Below the pieces are notes generated by a model. It did no database searches and was not told the origin of the DNA. It saw only the letters and a list, made by a program, of their open reading frames with translations. Below are positions 18,429 to 27,568 of a stretch of DNA of 41,176 nt, piece by piece (the stretch's first letter is position 1; each line of letters starts with the position of its first letter). The position numbers were made by a program, and so were the translations under genes. Source of the stretch: a virus (lineage: Duplodnaviria > Caudoviricetes). The stretch is from positions 1 to 41,176 of IMG/VR virus record IMGVR_UViG_3300020045_000317; one strand, written 5' to 3'.

Positions 18429-18446
18429 CTATTAGGCAACCTAATT
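18429..18446 (-). promoter_or_regulatory. Phage RNAP promoter (capsid)
   Basis: AATTAGGTTGCCTAATAG-ATA, exact consensus. Confidence 0.9.
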
Positions 18447-19299
18447 AAATGTTTTTACGTTTACCCATCATACGTGCATTATCTACACGTCTTTGATATG
18501 CAGGGTTTTTCTGGTACTCGTCAGTTGCCATTAGTTCATAATAAGTATCACGAGTAATGGCACCAGATGCCAGAGGGTCAGCTTTGCTAGAACCAGATGA
18601 AGAGTAATCACCAACTAAGGTAATAGCTTTGTCACCGGCCAGTGCAGATGCCTTGGCAGTCATTTCACCTTTGAGTGATGAAAGCACAAGCATGTGGGCT
18701 TCATGATTATCACCTGACATAACTGCATTATAACTCTGAATCTGTTTGTCAGATAAGTTTGCAATAACGTATGCTTCAATAGCTTCAAGGCCATCGATGC
18801 CACCAACCACTTCATTGTACTCTGCATGTTGCGCCTCTACCTTTGCTTGTTCTCCAGCAGCAGCAGTCTTACGCTCGTTTGCAGAACCATCATTCAATGT
18901 CTTGAACATTTTCAGGTAACTATCTACAACTGTCTTACCATACTTAGAATCTAACTTTTCACGTGTATCGGAAGAAAGTGAGAAAACCCCATCTTTCTTG
19001 AATAGCTCATTCAGGACGGCTGTGGTCTCAAGACCAGCATCTTTCAGTGATTGTTCTACCTCTGGTGGTACTTCAACCACAACACGCTCATCACCAAAGT
19101 AATACTCTGGCTCCTCTTGTTTATCATCTGCTACTGCTTCTGTAGCAACAGTATTACCCTCCACTGCACCAGTCTCAATGGCACCATCTGATTCAGTAGT
19201 AACAACAGTATCTTGAGTTACATCCTGCTCAGATGTTCCAGCAGCGGTTGTAGTGGTAAGGTCTAAGATAGGCTCACCACCAATAATCTCCACAGTCAT
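18445..19299 (-). CDS. Capsid scaffolding protein
   Basis: Acidic N-terminus, C-terminal Y...VD.AR..G motif; between portal and MCP. Confidence 0.88.
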   Translation of the reverse strand: MTVEIIGGEPILDLTTTTAAGTSEQDVTQDTVVTTESDGAIETGAVEGNTVATEAVADDKQEEPEYYFGDERVVVEVPPEVEQSLKDAGLETTAVLNELFKKDGVFSLSSDTREKLDSKYGKTVVDSYLKMFKTLNDGSANERKTAAAGEQAKVEAQHAEYNEVVGGIDGLEAIEAYVIANLSDKQIQSYNAVMSGDNHEAHMLVLSSLKGEMTAKASALAGDKAITLVGDYSSSGSSKADPLASGAITRDTYYELMATDEYQKNPAYQRRVDNARMMGKRKNI

Positions 19300-20931
19300 C
19301 TATTGCGCTCCACTTTGATTCATCATGCTAGAGGCTACAGTTGGCAAAGCCTTACCTGCTGCCTCTTGTAATTGTTGCTGTTGCATCTGCTGTTGTTGAG
19401 TCTCTTGTGCCTTCCGGAATTCTTCATCTGACATCAAGAACACTGCATCAAATGAAAGTTGGTTTGCTGCATAACGCATGTAGTCACCCCATTTAACACG
19501 TGCTTGAGCTGTCTGAGGCCAAGATGCAGGTAACTGCATCATTTCAGTGAATTGCATCAGCTTGTCCATTTCACCCATCTTACCAAGGGCTTCAACACCT
19601 GTCATAAGAACAGTGTTAACCAGCTCAGATGGTAAGTCAAAACCAACACGCCTTAATAGTAGTGTGAAGTAAGGCCGTTGCAATGTACCAGCAAGCAGTG
19701 TGTAAGAACCACCCAAGATTTGCTCATTCTCAAGTGCATCACGACGAATCTCATATGCTGTAACACGTTCTGCATTACGCTGAACCTGTGATGTCATCAA
19801 GAATGCTTGGCCTACACTTCGCTTGTACTCTTCAAGCACAGCAGAGATAGGTGTAAAGTCTGCATATTTCTCTAGCTGTAATACACCAATGTCATCAATG
19901 TTACCTGTGATAAACTCACCAGTCGGTGAATTAACAAGATGCTCAACATCAGTAACAGAACCTGCACGCACAAGGTATTTGATGTCTGACATCAAAATCA
20001 TACCCTTTGCAATGGCTTCTGACAGGACTTGGATTACATGGAAATCACTTGCGTGCAGCTCTACTAACGAACGTCCATAATCTTCACCATAATTAGAGTC
20101 CCAACGCAGGACAATCCAAGGGAAGTTATCAGGTGCAATACGGTACGTGTTACCGACAGGCTCACCAACTACCTCTTGAGATACAATATAGTAACCAGAC
20201 TTATACTCAGCCTTAGTGAAAAGTGTAACCTCATGATGCCCACTGTGATTTGAGTTACCCTTCTCACGAATCTTGCTCTTGATAAGCAACTGCAACGCAG
20301 GGTCGAATGTCTCAATACTTTTGGTTTCCTCAATAATTAGGCGTACCATATTACTGGACTTATCGCGGCTTGTTACGTATTGGGAGAGTGGGTAGTTAAT
20401 CAGGCTCCCATTAGTTGGAACATATAAGCATGTGTTACCAGCAACAATAAGATGCTTGATTGCTTCACCAAGACCTACACGGCCTGAGATTTTCTCATGC
20501 TCAAGCAGGGCACGTTTCTCTGCTTCTACCAAAGAGCCTTGAGCATTGATGATGTCTTCATCACCTTCACGTAAGTTCTCTTTTGCCTTTGATGTCAACT
20601 CCAGCCTAGCAAATGTACTATGTGGGGGAAACAGTGTCATGGTGATTTTATTCTGTGCTGTGCTTACAGCCTTAGCACCGAAAGATTGCCAACCAGTTGT
20701 ATTACTTCCATCAGGTGATGAGCCAGAGTTTTCCTCTGGAAACATATAGGGGATAGTATAAGTTGAAAAGACCTTAGCCCTATTAAGGAACTGGTCTCTC
20801 TTACCCTTCATCCTGTTGTATTCATCTTCAATGGTTTCACGTTTAAGGTTAGATTTCTTGGCCTTGATAGGGTTTGTCAGGTCTAAGATAGCAGGCTTTT
20901 GTATTAACTCTGGTCTTGTAGTGTCCTGCAT
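19300..20931 (-). CDS. Portal (head-tail connector)
   Basis: QS.GA..V, LFPP, HLIVAGN, GEDYGR, AERVTAYEIR motifs and Gln-rich C-terminus (T7 gp8 family). Confidence 0.96.
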   Translation of the reverse strand: MQDTTRPELIQKPAILDLTNPIKAKKSNLKRETIEDEYNRMKGKRDQFLNRAKVFSTYTIPYMFPEENSGSSPDGSNTTGWQSFGAKAVSTAQNKITMTLFPPHSTFARLELTSKAKENLREGDEDIINAQGSLVEAEKRALLEHEKISGRVGLGEAIKHLIVAGNTCLYVPTNGSLINYPLSQYVTSRDKSSNMVRLIIEETKSIETFDPALQLLIKSKIREKGNSNHSGHHEVTLFTKAEYKSGYYIVSQEVVGEPVGNTYRIAPDNFPWIVLRWDSNYGEDYGRSLVELHASDFHVIQVLSEAIAKGMILMSDIKYLVRAGSVTDVEHLVNSPTGEFITGNIDDIGVLQLEKYADFTPISAVLEEYKRSVGQAFLMTSQVQRNAERVTAYEIRRDALENEQILGGSYTLLAGTLQRPYFTLLLRRVGFDLPSELVNTVLMTGVEALGKMGEMDKLMQFTEMMQLPASWPQTAQARVKWGDYMRYAANQLSFDAVFLMSDEEFRKAQETQQQQMQQQQLQEAAGKALPTVASSMMNQSGAQ

Positions 20932-20940
20932 GTTTGCTCC

Positions 20941-21126
20941 TTAGACTTGTAGGCCCGTACCTTCGGTGCTTGAGGCAGATGAGCGTGGACGTACCAGCTT
21001 CTTCTTGCCTGTAGTTAGGTCAGTGTCGCCAGAGCCAAGTGTGATATCTTCTGGTTTGATATCCACTGTGCGTTCTGGTTTAGCTGCTGGTGTTTCAGCT
21101 TCTGGGATATTAGGTGTTGATGTCAT
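20941..21126 (-). CDS. Small virion assembly protein (gp7.3-like)
   Basis: Start revised to MTSTPNIP (21126; AGAGGT RBS); GKKKLVRP and C-terminal TGLQV; precedes portal. Confidence 0.65.
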   Translation of the reverse strand: MTSTPNIPEAETPAAKPERTVDIKPEDITLGSGDTDLTTGKKKLVRPRSSASSTEGTGLQV

Positions 21127-21577
21127 TAACCTCTTTCCTATATTGTGTGCCAGCTTTACGATAGCCAAGGCGTTGATAAAAACCCTCCGTACATTCTTCG
21201 TGAATGCCAGAGGCTATGCTAATCTGAACCTCTACTGCACCTTGAGATTTAGACCACTGCTCCCAAGAGCACATCAGCATGTAACCTGCCCTTGATTTTC
21301 GATACTGCTTCCTAACGAATAGAATGCAATCAAGGGCAAGTTTGGCGTGACTCCAAGGCAAACTACAGCAGATTCCCCAAAGAAACCCCACAGGCTCATC
21401 GTTATCATAGACAACCAGAAAGCATCCATCTTCTCGCATTATCGTACTAGCTGCATTTTGCATTGAGTGCTCTAGGTCGAATGGGAAGTTGTCATGCTTA
21501 TCTGCCTCTACGCTATACTCTAATGCAAGTGGGGCAAGTGCAAGCAGGTCTAATAAAGTAGCCTGCCTGATTATCAT
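21110..21577 (-). CDS. GNAT-family acetyltransferase
   Basis: IRQAT..D N-terminus, LFVRKQYRKSRAG acetyl-CoA motif, FYQRLGY. Confidence 0.9.
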   Translation of the reverse strand: MIIRQATLLDLLALAPLALEYSVEADKHDNFPFDLEHSMQNAASTIMREDGCFLVVYDNDEPVGFLWGICCSLPWSHAKLALDCILFVRKQYRKSRAGYMLMCSWEQWSKSQGAVEVQISIASGIHEECTEGFYQRLGYRKAGTQYRKEVNDINT

Positions 21578-21777
21578 GGTTGAAGTAACCTTTGAATTGT
21601 TTCGCGTATTGAACGCTTTGTACTATTAGCCACAAATGTACCTAAGTCAGTTGTGGGGCGCTCGTTGTCTAATACAAGAGCATCCATTAAAGTTTTATAT
21701 CTATCAGCACCAATGCTTGCTTTATCAGCAGTTGGCTTTGGCGCTTGCCAAGCTTTGCCTTTTTCAAATTGGTTCAT
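21574..21777 (-). CDS. Hypothetical protein
   Basis: Likely start MNQFEKG (21777); overlaps both neighbours. Confidence 0.62.
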   Translation of the reverse strand: MNQFEKGKAWQAPKPTADKASIGADRYKTLMDALVLDNERPTTDLGTFVANSTKRSIRETIQRLLQP

Positions 21778-21940
21778 CGTCAGAGTCGTCCCCATCTGAG
21801 TTAAGTACATAGAATAGCCTGTCTATGCTATCGACCTGAATACCATGTTTATGCGCTTCTTCAGATAATGAAACAGGAACTTCAACACCTGCTTCAATCT
21901 TACTAAAGATTTCATCAAACACTACTTGTCTATTACGCAT
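21764..21940 (-). CDS. 58-aa acidic protein (absent from ORF track)
   Basis: MRNRQVVFDEIFSKIEAGVEVPVSLSEEAHKHGIQVDSIDRLFYVLNSDGDDSDDEPI*; AAGGAAC RBS directly after a consensus promoter. Confidence 0.78.
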   Translation of the reverse strand: MRNRQVVFDEIFSKIEAGVEVPVSLSEEAHKHGIQVDSIDRLFYVLNSDGDDSDDEPI

Positions 21941-21953
21941 ACTGTTCCTTTAT

Positions 21954-21971
21954 CTATTAGGCAACCTAAAA
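21954..21971 (-). promoter_or_regulatory. Phage RNAP promoter (start of late region)
   Basis: TTTTAGGTTGCCTAATAG-ATA, overlapping the ligase TAG stop. Confidence 0.88.
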
Positions 21972-22931
21972 TTTAGGTTGGAAATCTGGCTCTATTTTAT
22001 CATGCCGTAACTCACCAACCTTCGGAAGGCGTATTAAACCCCCCTTGCTGCTTGGCTGTAAGCCATAGATGGTGAAGGTTTTACCGATGGGGCTGCAAAT
22101 TCCAGTCTCTGTAATTGACAAGAACATCTTCTCAGCATCAAAGTGTGTATAACCCTTACCTAGCATGGCTTTGAAGATACGACCATCTTCCAAAGCAAAC
22201 AGAAGGTTAGCCACCTTACCTTTATACTTACCCTTCCCCTCTTCATATCCCGTGCAAACTAAGTCAATACGTACATCACGTACTTTCTTCATTGCATGAC
22301 AGCCTTTGTGACCAGCAACCCACCTAGCCTCTGGGTCTTTGAATACAGCACCTTCACCCCCAAGATTGATGAAGTAATCAGCAAACGCATCTACTTCAGA
22401 TGCATCTAGCATTTCTGTGATGATAACAGAGCCAGAAGCAAATGTTGCACGCAGCTCATTAAGCCTTGATGCATACTTGCTTGATGATACACCTTCAATA
22501 AACTCATCCGGTGTTAGATAGTCATGATAACACAGCTCAAATGTGGATTTAATTGACTCTTGGCTCTCATCAAGTGCATTGACACGATTAGGGTTTACAA
22601 TCCCTGACAGTTCTTCCAGAGAGCAATTGTAAGCAACCAGCTCTGCAATATAAACCCCATCACCTTCAGTTGTACCTTTGGTGTGGTAGTCGTTGTGCCT
22701 CTTGATTGAGGCCTCTAGCAGTTCTGTGTTATGTAGTTTTAATCCAGTGCGACCAAAGATACCAACTGCACCATTGAAGATACACACTGCTTCATATACT
22801 CCGTCTTTCTTTTCCTGAGCAAGGTAATATTTAACCTTCTTGCTTTCTGGCACTTCGTCCCAGTGTTTAACAAGCTGTACGGGGTGTTTACGGTGGTCTG
22901 GTTTAAGACCAAAGAACTCAAAGATATTCAT
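21966..22931 (-). CDS. ATP-dependent DNA ligase
   Basis: Motif I QEKKDG, EGAVFK, K.K, OB-fold GKGKYKG...IRLP...RHDK. Confidence 0.93.
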   Translation of the reverse strand: MNIFEFFGLKPDHRKHPVQLVKHWDEVPESKKVKYYLAQEKKDGVYEAVCIFNGAVGIFGRTGLKLHNTELLEASIKRHNDYHTKGTTEGDGVYIAELVAYNCSLEELSGIVNPNRVNALDESQESIKSTFELCYHDYLTPDEFIEGVSSSKYASRLNELRATFASGSVIITEMLDASEVDAFADYFINLGGEGAVFKDPEARWVAGHKGCHAMKKVRDVRIDLVCTGYEEGKGKYKGKVANLLFALEDGRIFKAMLGKGYTHFDAEKMFLSITETGICSPIGKTFTIYGLQPSSKGGLIRLPKVGELRHDKIEPDFQPKF

Positions 22932-23496
22932 AGTTCACCAATGTTTGCATAATGTTAGAGACAGCAAGTTCAGGCTTACCATCAATTATTTTCTCGTTCA
23001 TGAACTTGCACATAGGCAAGTCATCTTCACAGAGATAGTTACGGCTGTCACCTTGGAATGTACATCCATCACGGAACAGTCTGACAATCAGGATTTTACC
23101 AACTACACCTAATGGCGGAATTTCTTCTGGGAAGCCACCATCCGCAAATACAGCACCTAGCTTGTAACCATGACAACTGAATGACTCTTTAACTTCTGAG
23201 GCAGCAGCCTTGCCAAAGTAGTCTTTGCCAAACAAGGGCTTCATAATGTTTTCAGAAATATAAATCATGAACTCACGTGTACTTTTGTCACCTAAGAAAT
23301 CATGCTTAACCTCTTTCATGCTGCGGTCGTTATAGAATCGCAGCCAGTCACTCATTGTCCAGCCAAGCATGGTGCATGCAATCTGATGCATGCGGTACTT
23401 GAAGTTCTGAATAATGAACCCTTTACCTGACAATAGTGCAGAAATAGTGTCCTTACCAGAAGATGGTGGCCCATTCAAAATAATAATCGGTTTCAT
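22918..23496 (-). CDS. Deoxynucleoside monophosphate kinase-like P-loop protein
   Basis: IILNGPPSSGKDT Walker A, TREFMI..SE...KPLFG, DGGFPEE, F.GDSRNY; start revised to 23496 (GAGGT RBS). Confidence 0.85.
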   Translation of the reverse strand: MKPIIILNGPPSSGKDTISALLSGKGFIIQNFKYRMHQIACTMLGWTMSDWLRFYNDRSMKEVKHDFLGDKSTREFMIYISENIMKPLFGKDYFGKAAASEVKESFSCHGYKLGAVFADGGFPEEIPPLGVVGKILIVRLFRDGCTFQGDSRNYLCEDDLPMCKFMNEKIIDGKPELAVSNIMQTLVNYEYL

Positions 23497-23600
23497 TACA
23501 TACCTCTTGATAACCACATGCAATACATCTGGTAATAGTGATACTGAGAGACAGCATCAGTTGCTGCCTCTTGCATACGTTTACACCAAGCACTATGCAT
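23496..23600 (-). CDS. 34-aa small protein (absent from ORF track)
   Basis: MHSAWCKRMQEAATDAVSQYHYYQMYCMWLSRGM*; TAATG stop/start overlaps at both ends. Confidence 0.72.
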   Translation of the reverse strand: MHSAWCKRMQEAATDAVSQYHYYQMYCMWLSRGM

Positions 23601-24610
23601 TATAGTTTACCTGTCCATCTTCCGAAAGAGTCAAGGCGCATAGGGCACAGGATAGGCAAGCTATCCACAATGATTGAACAACCAATGATTGGCTTATTCT
23701 TGTGGTTCTCTCCATAGGCAAATGCTAGAGACTTACCATCTATTAGGCAACCTGATTGCATAGCCCAGTACAGTGCAGCCCTGCTTGCAGCATAGTTGAT
23801 TTCAAACTTAGCGTGCATATGACCAAGCACAAGATTGCAGCGTTCATGTGCAGCTTGCACTAAGATATCACCGCTTGCTTGATGCTGGAACTGAACCGCT
23901 TCACCGTTCGGAAGCTCAAGGCGATGCAAGAACTCCCACTCCCAGCCTTCACCACCGCCATGCGGGAACAACACCTCACGGTAAGTCTTCAGCATGTCAA
24001 CTGGAATACCAAAGGTCTTAGCCTTACGGTGCAGCATAGAGCCATGATTACTGTGGCAGATTAGCATACGTGGGAACATGCGTTCTAATGAGTGCAAGAA
24101 CTTACGTGCTGCAATCAGCTCCATACCAGCAGAGTCTAGGTTAGGGTCAGAGTCATGGTATGACATAGCGTGCATATCTGCCTCATCACCTAAGTTAACA
24201 ACAGTGTCTGGCTTGTACTTAGCAGCAACAGCAGCCAAGAACTCCAGTGCATCTGGGTGGTGATATGGTGCATGTTGGTCAGGGATAACAAGGATGCTAT
24301 GACGTGGGCCTATAATAACCTCAAACAATGAATCGAAATCAGAAAGCTTTGGCTCTCTCAGTTTCCTGTCATTCTTCAGTTGCCTGTTAGGTTTTGCCAA
24401 TGTCAGGTAGTGCTCGCCATTCTTCTTAGTTTCATCAAACTGTTTAGCCCAGTAATTGGCTAGCTCCGGTGACACAGTTGTGCCATGCACATTATCACTT
24501 AGCACAGCTGCCATCTTAACATAATTAACTTTACCATCTGGTTGCTTAGCCAGAACCAAAGCATTAAGTACCTCTTGGTCAGTGAATCGACCCCTTAGCT
24601 TACCAGCCAT
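23600..24610 (-). CDS. Calcineurin-like metallophosphoesterase
   Basis: PDQHAP, NLGDEAD, SNH, FQH, GHMH motifs; N-terminal extension of about 100 aa. Confidence 0.9.
   Translation of the reverse strand: MAGKLRGRFTDQEVLNALVLAKQPDGKVNYVKMAAVLSDNVHGTTVSPELANYWAKQFDETKKNGEHYLTLAKPNRQLKNDRKLREPKLSDFDSLFEVIIGPRHSILVIPDQHAPYHHPDALEFLAAVAAKYKPDTVVNLGDEADMHAMSYHDSDPNLDSAGMELIAARKFLHSLERMFPRMLICHSNHGSMLHRKAKTFGIPVDMLKTYREVLFPHGGGEGWEWEFLHRLELPNGEAVQFQHQASGDILVQAAHERCNLVLGHMHAKFEINYAASRAALYWAMQSGCLIDGKSLAFAYGENHKNKPIIGCSIIVDSLPILCPMRLDSFGRWTGKL
23740..23757 (-). promoter_or_regulatory. Intragenic phage RNAP promoter
   Basis: AATCAGGTTGCCTAATAG-ATG, 17/18 match, inside the phosphoesterase gene, 140 nt upstream of the next gene. 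Confidence 0.7.
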
Positions 24611-25041
24611 TATGTCTCCTTCTTATTTGCGTAAACCTTTCTTGCCTTAGCATTACGGGCTGCCCGTTCTTCTGCTGGGGTCTTGTACTCTGGGTGCAAC
24701 CATTCAGTCTGTGCAGTTGCATGCATCTCCCAGTAAGCACCTAAACCTTTCAGCATCTGAATCATTTCTTGTGTTGACTTACAACCACCCCACCGGATAA
24801 GTAAAGCTTTCACCTTACCCTCAATACCATTCAGTGCCCTTGGCAATGCAGCACGGATTACACCGGTTTCATGGTCATGGTCAACTACAACATTAAAATC
24901 TTGCATTGCACGTAAGTCCCTGCCAGTGATAGGGCACTTACCATTCTGCCTGCGAACAAGCTCTTTCTTAATGTTGTGCAATGCGTTAGGGTTATCTTTA
25001 TGACAAGCAGCTTTACTGCTGATAGCTTTTATAAATACCAT
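24610..25041 (-). CDS. Endonuclease VII-like resolvase
   Basis: Q.GKCPI, VVDHDHETG.IR..L....N..EG. Confidence 0.9.
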   Translation of the reverse strand: MVFIKAISSKAACHKDNPNALHNIKKELVRRQNGKCPITGRDLRAMQDFNVVVDHDHETGVIRAALPRALNGIEGKVKALLIRWGGCKSTQEMIQMLKGLGAYWEMHATAQTEWLHPEYKTPAEERAARNAKARKVYANKKET

Positions 25042-26138
25042 GCTGTGATATCATCTCCTAATGGGCAAGTGCCTTTACCTTCGCGCCAAATTTCACCCTT
25101 CTTATCTTGAATCCAAGCAAGCCTGCCCTGCTCCAGCATACGTTGATATGCTGTAAGAGTAACACGCGTGTTACAGAACTCATCAAATCTAGGTGGGTTC
25201 TTCCCATGCAATTGGAAGTGCTTGAACCTGAAAGCTTCAGTGCCACGGTAATTCTGAACTACATGCTCCGCATCGCCGTACTTGTCTTTGTATGCCTGAA
25301 GCACGGCCATATACAACTCTTTCTCAGACTTGCAATCATTCAATATCTGATAGGCGAATGCTGCACCCTTACGTGGGATACCCTTATAGTTGTCAATGGT
25401 GTCACCCATTATCATCTGTGCATAGAAAAACTTCAGTCCGTCACCTTTAAGGTCACTAACAGTTGTACTGTCCTTCTTATACTTCAACTCAAGATGCCCT
25501 AGTGGTGTTACCCACCTCAACTGCTGGTCACGTGGAGTATAGTGCATCCCCGATTTGGTCTTGAGGTCTTTATCCCCAGAGACTAATACAAAGTTGCACA
25601 ATTCCTTATGCATAGATGAACCAAGCTCAACACCTTGTTCGGCTAGCTCTTGGTTCCTTCGGTACACCTCATGACCTAGAAGATCATCAGCCTCTTCACC
25701 TTGAGCCAAAATACAACCAAGCTTAGACTGCATTGCGGCCTTCAGTTCATAGAAGAATGGTGGCTTATCTTCCTTACGTGTACCCTTGTAAGGGTCACTG
25801 AATGCAACACCCATCCTATAATTCATATCTGATTGTGTGCAATAGAGTATTGCAGAGTCACAACCTGAATCATTAATCCAGAAATTAAGTGTGCAGCAAA
25901 GTTGGTCAAAGGCATTCTTAAATTCTTGAGTGTTCTCAATGCAATCAACAAGGCCATCTACTACAGCCTGCTGTGCAGCTAGATACTTCATTGTATCTGT
26001 GGTATAGCCAACAACATAGGGCAGAAAGTCAGCATCAACTAATGCAGTACGCAGACCATCAGTTGGCCATAATTTGAAGTGGACATCCTGTTCTGCAACA
26101 GCTCCACCATAATCAAACTCGAAAGCTTTTTGCATCAT
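25029..26138 (-). CDS. 5'-3' exonuclease (T7 gp6/FEN family)
   Basis: ALVDAD, YKGTR, EADD, DKDL, GDTIDNYKGIP. Confidence 0.93.
   Translation of the reverse strand: MMQKAFEFDYGGAVAEQDVHFKLWPTDGLRTALVDADFLPYVVGYTTDTMKYLAAQQAVVDGLVDCIENTQEFKNAFDQLCCTLNFWINDSGCDSAILYCTQSDMNYRMGVAFSDPYKGTRKEDKPPFFYELKAAMQSKLGCILAQGEEADDLLGHEVYRRNQELAEQGVELGSSMHKELCNFVLVSGDKDLKTKSGMHYTPRDQQLRWVTPLGHLELKYKKDSTTVSDLKGDGLKFFYAQMIMGDTIDNYKGIPRKGAAFAYQILNDCKSEKELYMAVLQAYKDKYGDAEHVVQNYRGTEAFRFKHFQLHGKNPPRFDEFCNTRVTLTAYQRMLEQGRLAWIQDKKGEIWREGKGTCPLGDDITAWYL
25159..25174. repeat. 16-bp palindrome GTAACACGCGTGTTAC, copy 1 (intragenic)
   Basis: Identical core to 33530-33545 and 35827-35842. Confidence 0.9.
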
Positions 26139-26737
26139 GACCTCAACAGTAATTCGTTAATCTCTGCATAATCACAGCGATAGATACCAGAGTTAAGGCC
26201 ACCTGCTTTATTTACTATCCTTGCAAAGAAACCAGTAGTTGCTCCATAGGTTCTAAGACCAGAGCCTGTTGACAAAGTACCGCCAGAACGGGCATTGGCA
26301 TTATTTGCCCCCCCCTCGCCGATGTAAATCGGTGTATCTATCAAGTCACCGAAGGTAGTTGGTGTGGTTATCGGCTGAACGATTGCCAGTGGTGCTACAC
26401 CGGCCAGCGGGTTATTCCTGTGACAGGTAACTGCATCACCATTACTAGTATAGCCGTCAGTACCTTCATACAGCTCGTACTTGACACCGGCCAGTGCTGG
26501 CATCAACTCTCGAAGAAGGATTTGAACATCCCTGTCAGCAGGTGCTGTGAACTTGAACCAGTAATCAGATGCAGCTAGTGGCAATGTAAACGGTACGTTG
26601 AACCAGTAAGAAAGGCCAATTAATGATAGGTATTCTGCGTTCGTCATTGACACAACAGCGTACCTTGTGCTGTTGTACCGTGGGATTTTCCTTAGCAGCT
26701 TTTGCCAGATAACTGACAGCGACAGGTTAGTAAACAT
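26135..26737 (-). CDS. Hypothetical beta-rich protein, possibly virion-associated
   Basis: 200 aa, Gly/Thr/aromatic-rich; GAGGT RBS; tightly coupled to both neighbours. Confidence 0.7.
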   Translation of the reverse strand: MFTNLSLSVIWQKLLRKIPRYNSTRYAVVSMTNAEYLSLIGLSYWFNVPFTLPLAASDYWFKFTAPADRDVQILLRELMPALAGVKYELYEGTDGYTSNGDAVTCHRNNPLAGVAPLAIVQPITTPTTFGDLIDTPIYIGEGGANNANARSGGTLSTGSGLRTYGATTGFFARIVNKAGGLNSGIYRCDYAEINELLLRS

Positions 26738-26738
26738 A

Positions 26739-27029
26739 CTATACCTCTGCCAAGTTAATCAGCGCATCCTTCCCTAATGGCATAGCCCAGAAACCTGAGT
26801 CAGTTGGTTCACTATGTGCAGACGCGCCCATCCCCATGATTGGCACCCAACCTGCTACGTCAGTAGGTGCAGTTGGCCCTACGTGGATAGCCACTAAGCT
26901 ATCAGAGCAGAGCACCACACGGATTGGTGTTGCAGCAGTTACAGTGGAGCCCTTGCGTGCAGTAATCTCCGTATGCAGGTTGTGCCACTTATTTGCTGTT
27001 AGTTTTGAATTACGTAATGTATTAGCCAT
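26739..27029 (-). CDS. Hypothetical small beta-rich protein, possibly virion-associated
   Basis: 96 aa; GAGGT RBS directly after a terminator. Confidence 0.72.
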   Translation of the reverse strand: MANTLRNSKLTANKWHNLHTEITARKGSTVTAATPIRVVLCSDSLVAIHVGPTAPTDVAGWVPIMGMGASAHSEPTDSGFWAMPLGKDALINLAEV

Positions 27030-27039
27030 ATTACCTCAC

Positions 27040-27070
27040 AAAATACCCCGCCACCTATAAGGCAGCGGGG
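27040..27070 (-). terminator. T-phi-like terminator
   Basis: Minus strand CCCCGCTGCCT-TAT-AGGTGGCGGGG-TATTTT. Confidence 0.85.
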
Positions 27071-27098
27071 CGATGGAACGTATCGTATTATCTAAGTA

Positions 27099-27422
27099 TT
27101 AGAATGCTTCTTCAGAAACTACTTCTTGAGCAACAGTTACTTCTTCACCAGCTGCTTGCTGGTCTTTGTACATCAGGTATGCAGCAACAGTGTTTGCTTT
27201 TGAATTCAGACCCTGCGGTTTAGCATCTGGACCTGAAGTGGCTTTGGCAAATTCCAGACCTTCAGCAAAATACTTCAGGGTTCCCATTTCCGCAACTGCT
27301 TCTGCTTCTGTAGGATGAGCTTTTGAGCCAACCAGATTGCCTTCATTGTCAACAACGAAGAATTGAGGAACGAATTTCTTTGCAACAACGGTTTGTGATT
27401 GTTTGATTTGTAACAGTGACAT
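27099..27422 (-). CDS. Hypothetical acidic-tailed protein, 107 aa
   Basis: Start revised to MSLLQIK (27422; GGAG RBS); ends VVSEEAF; followed by a terminator. Confidence 0.78.
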   Translation of the reverse strand: MSLLQIKQSQTVVAKKFVPQFFVVDNEGNLVGSKAHPTEAEAVAEMGTLKYFAEGLEFAKATSGPDAKPQGLNSKANTVAAYLMYKDQQAAGEEVTVAQEVVSEEAF

Positions 27423-27477
27423 ATAATATAACTCCATTTGATTGATTGGTTTGATTTAGATTCGCAAAGCAAATCGG

Positions 27478-27527
27478 TTACAGCACTATAATCTCTAAGG
27501 CATATTGCGCCTGTTATAATGCTGTAA
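27478..27527 (-). other. Long imperfect hairpin, putative RNase III site
   Basis: TTACAGCA/TGCTGTAA, TATAA/TTATA and AGGC/GCCT arms. Confidence 0.6.
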
Positions 27528-27568
27528 GGTCTTGCTCTAATAAGTCCTTAATGCTCGAAGTTTAAAGT

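Noticed and set aside
21966-24610. Phosphoesterase, kinase and ligase as a Pnkp/Rnl RNA-repair operon
   Set aside because: The ligase has a DNA-ligase OB fold and the kinase has dNMP-kinase motifs; this is ordinary DNA-metabolism synteny.
27051-27065. CTGCC-TTATA-GGTGG resembling the type I-F CRISPR repeat hairpin (RNA anti-CRISPR)
   Set aside because: Lacks the GTTCA and TAAGAAA/TTAGAAA flanks and is fully explained as the inner part of a terminator stem.
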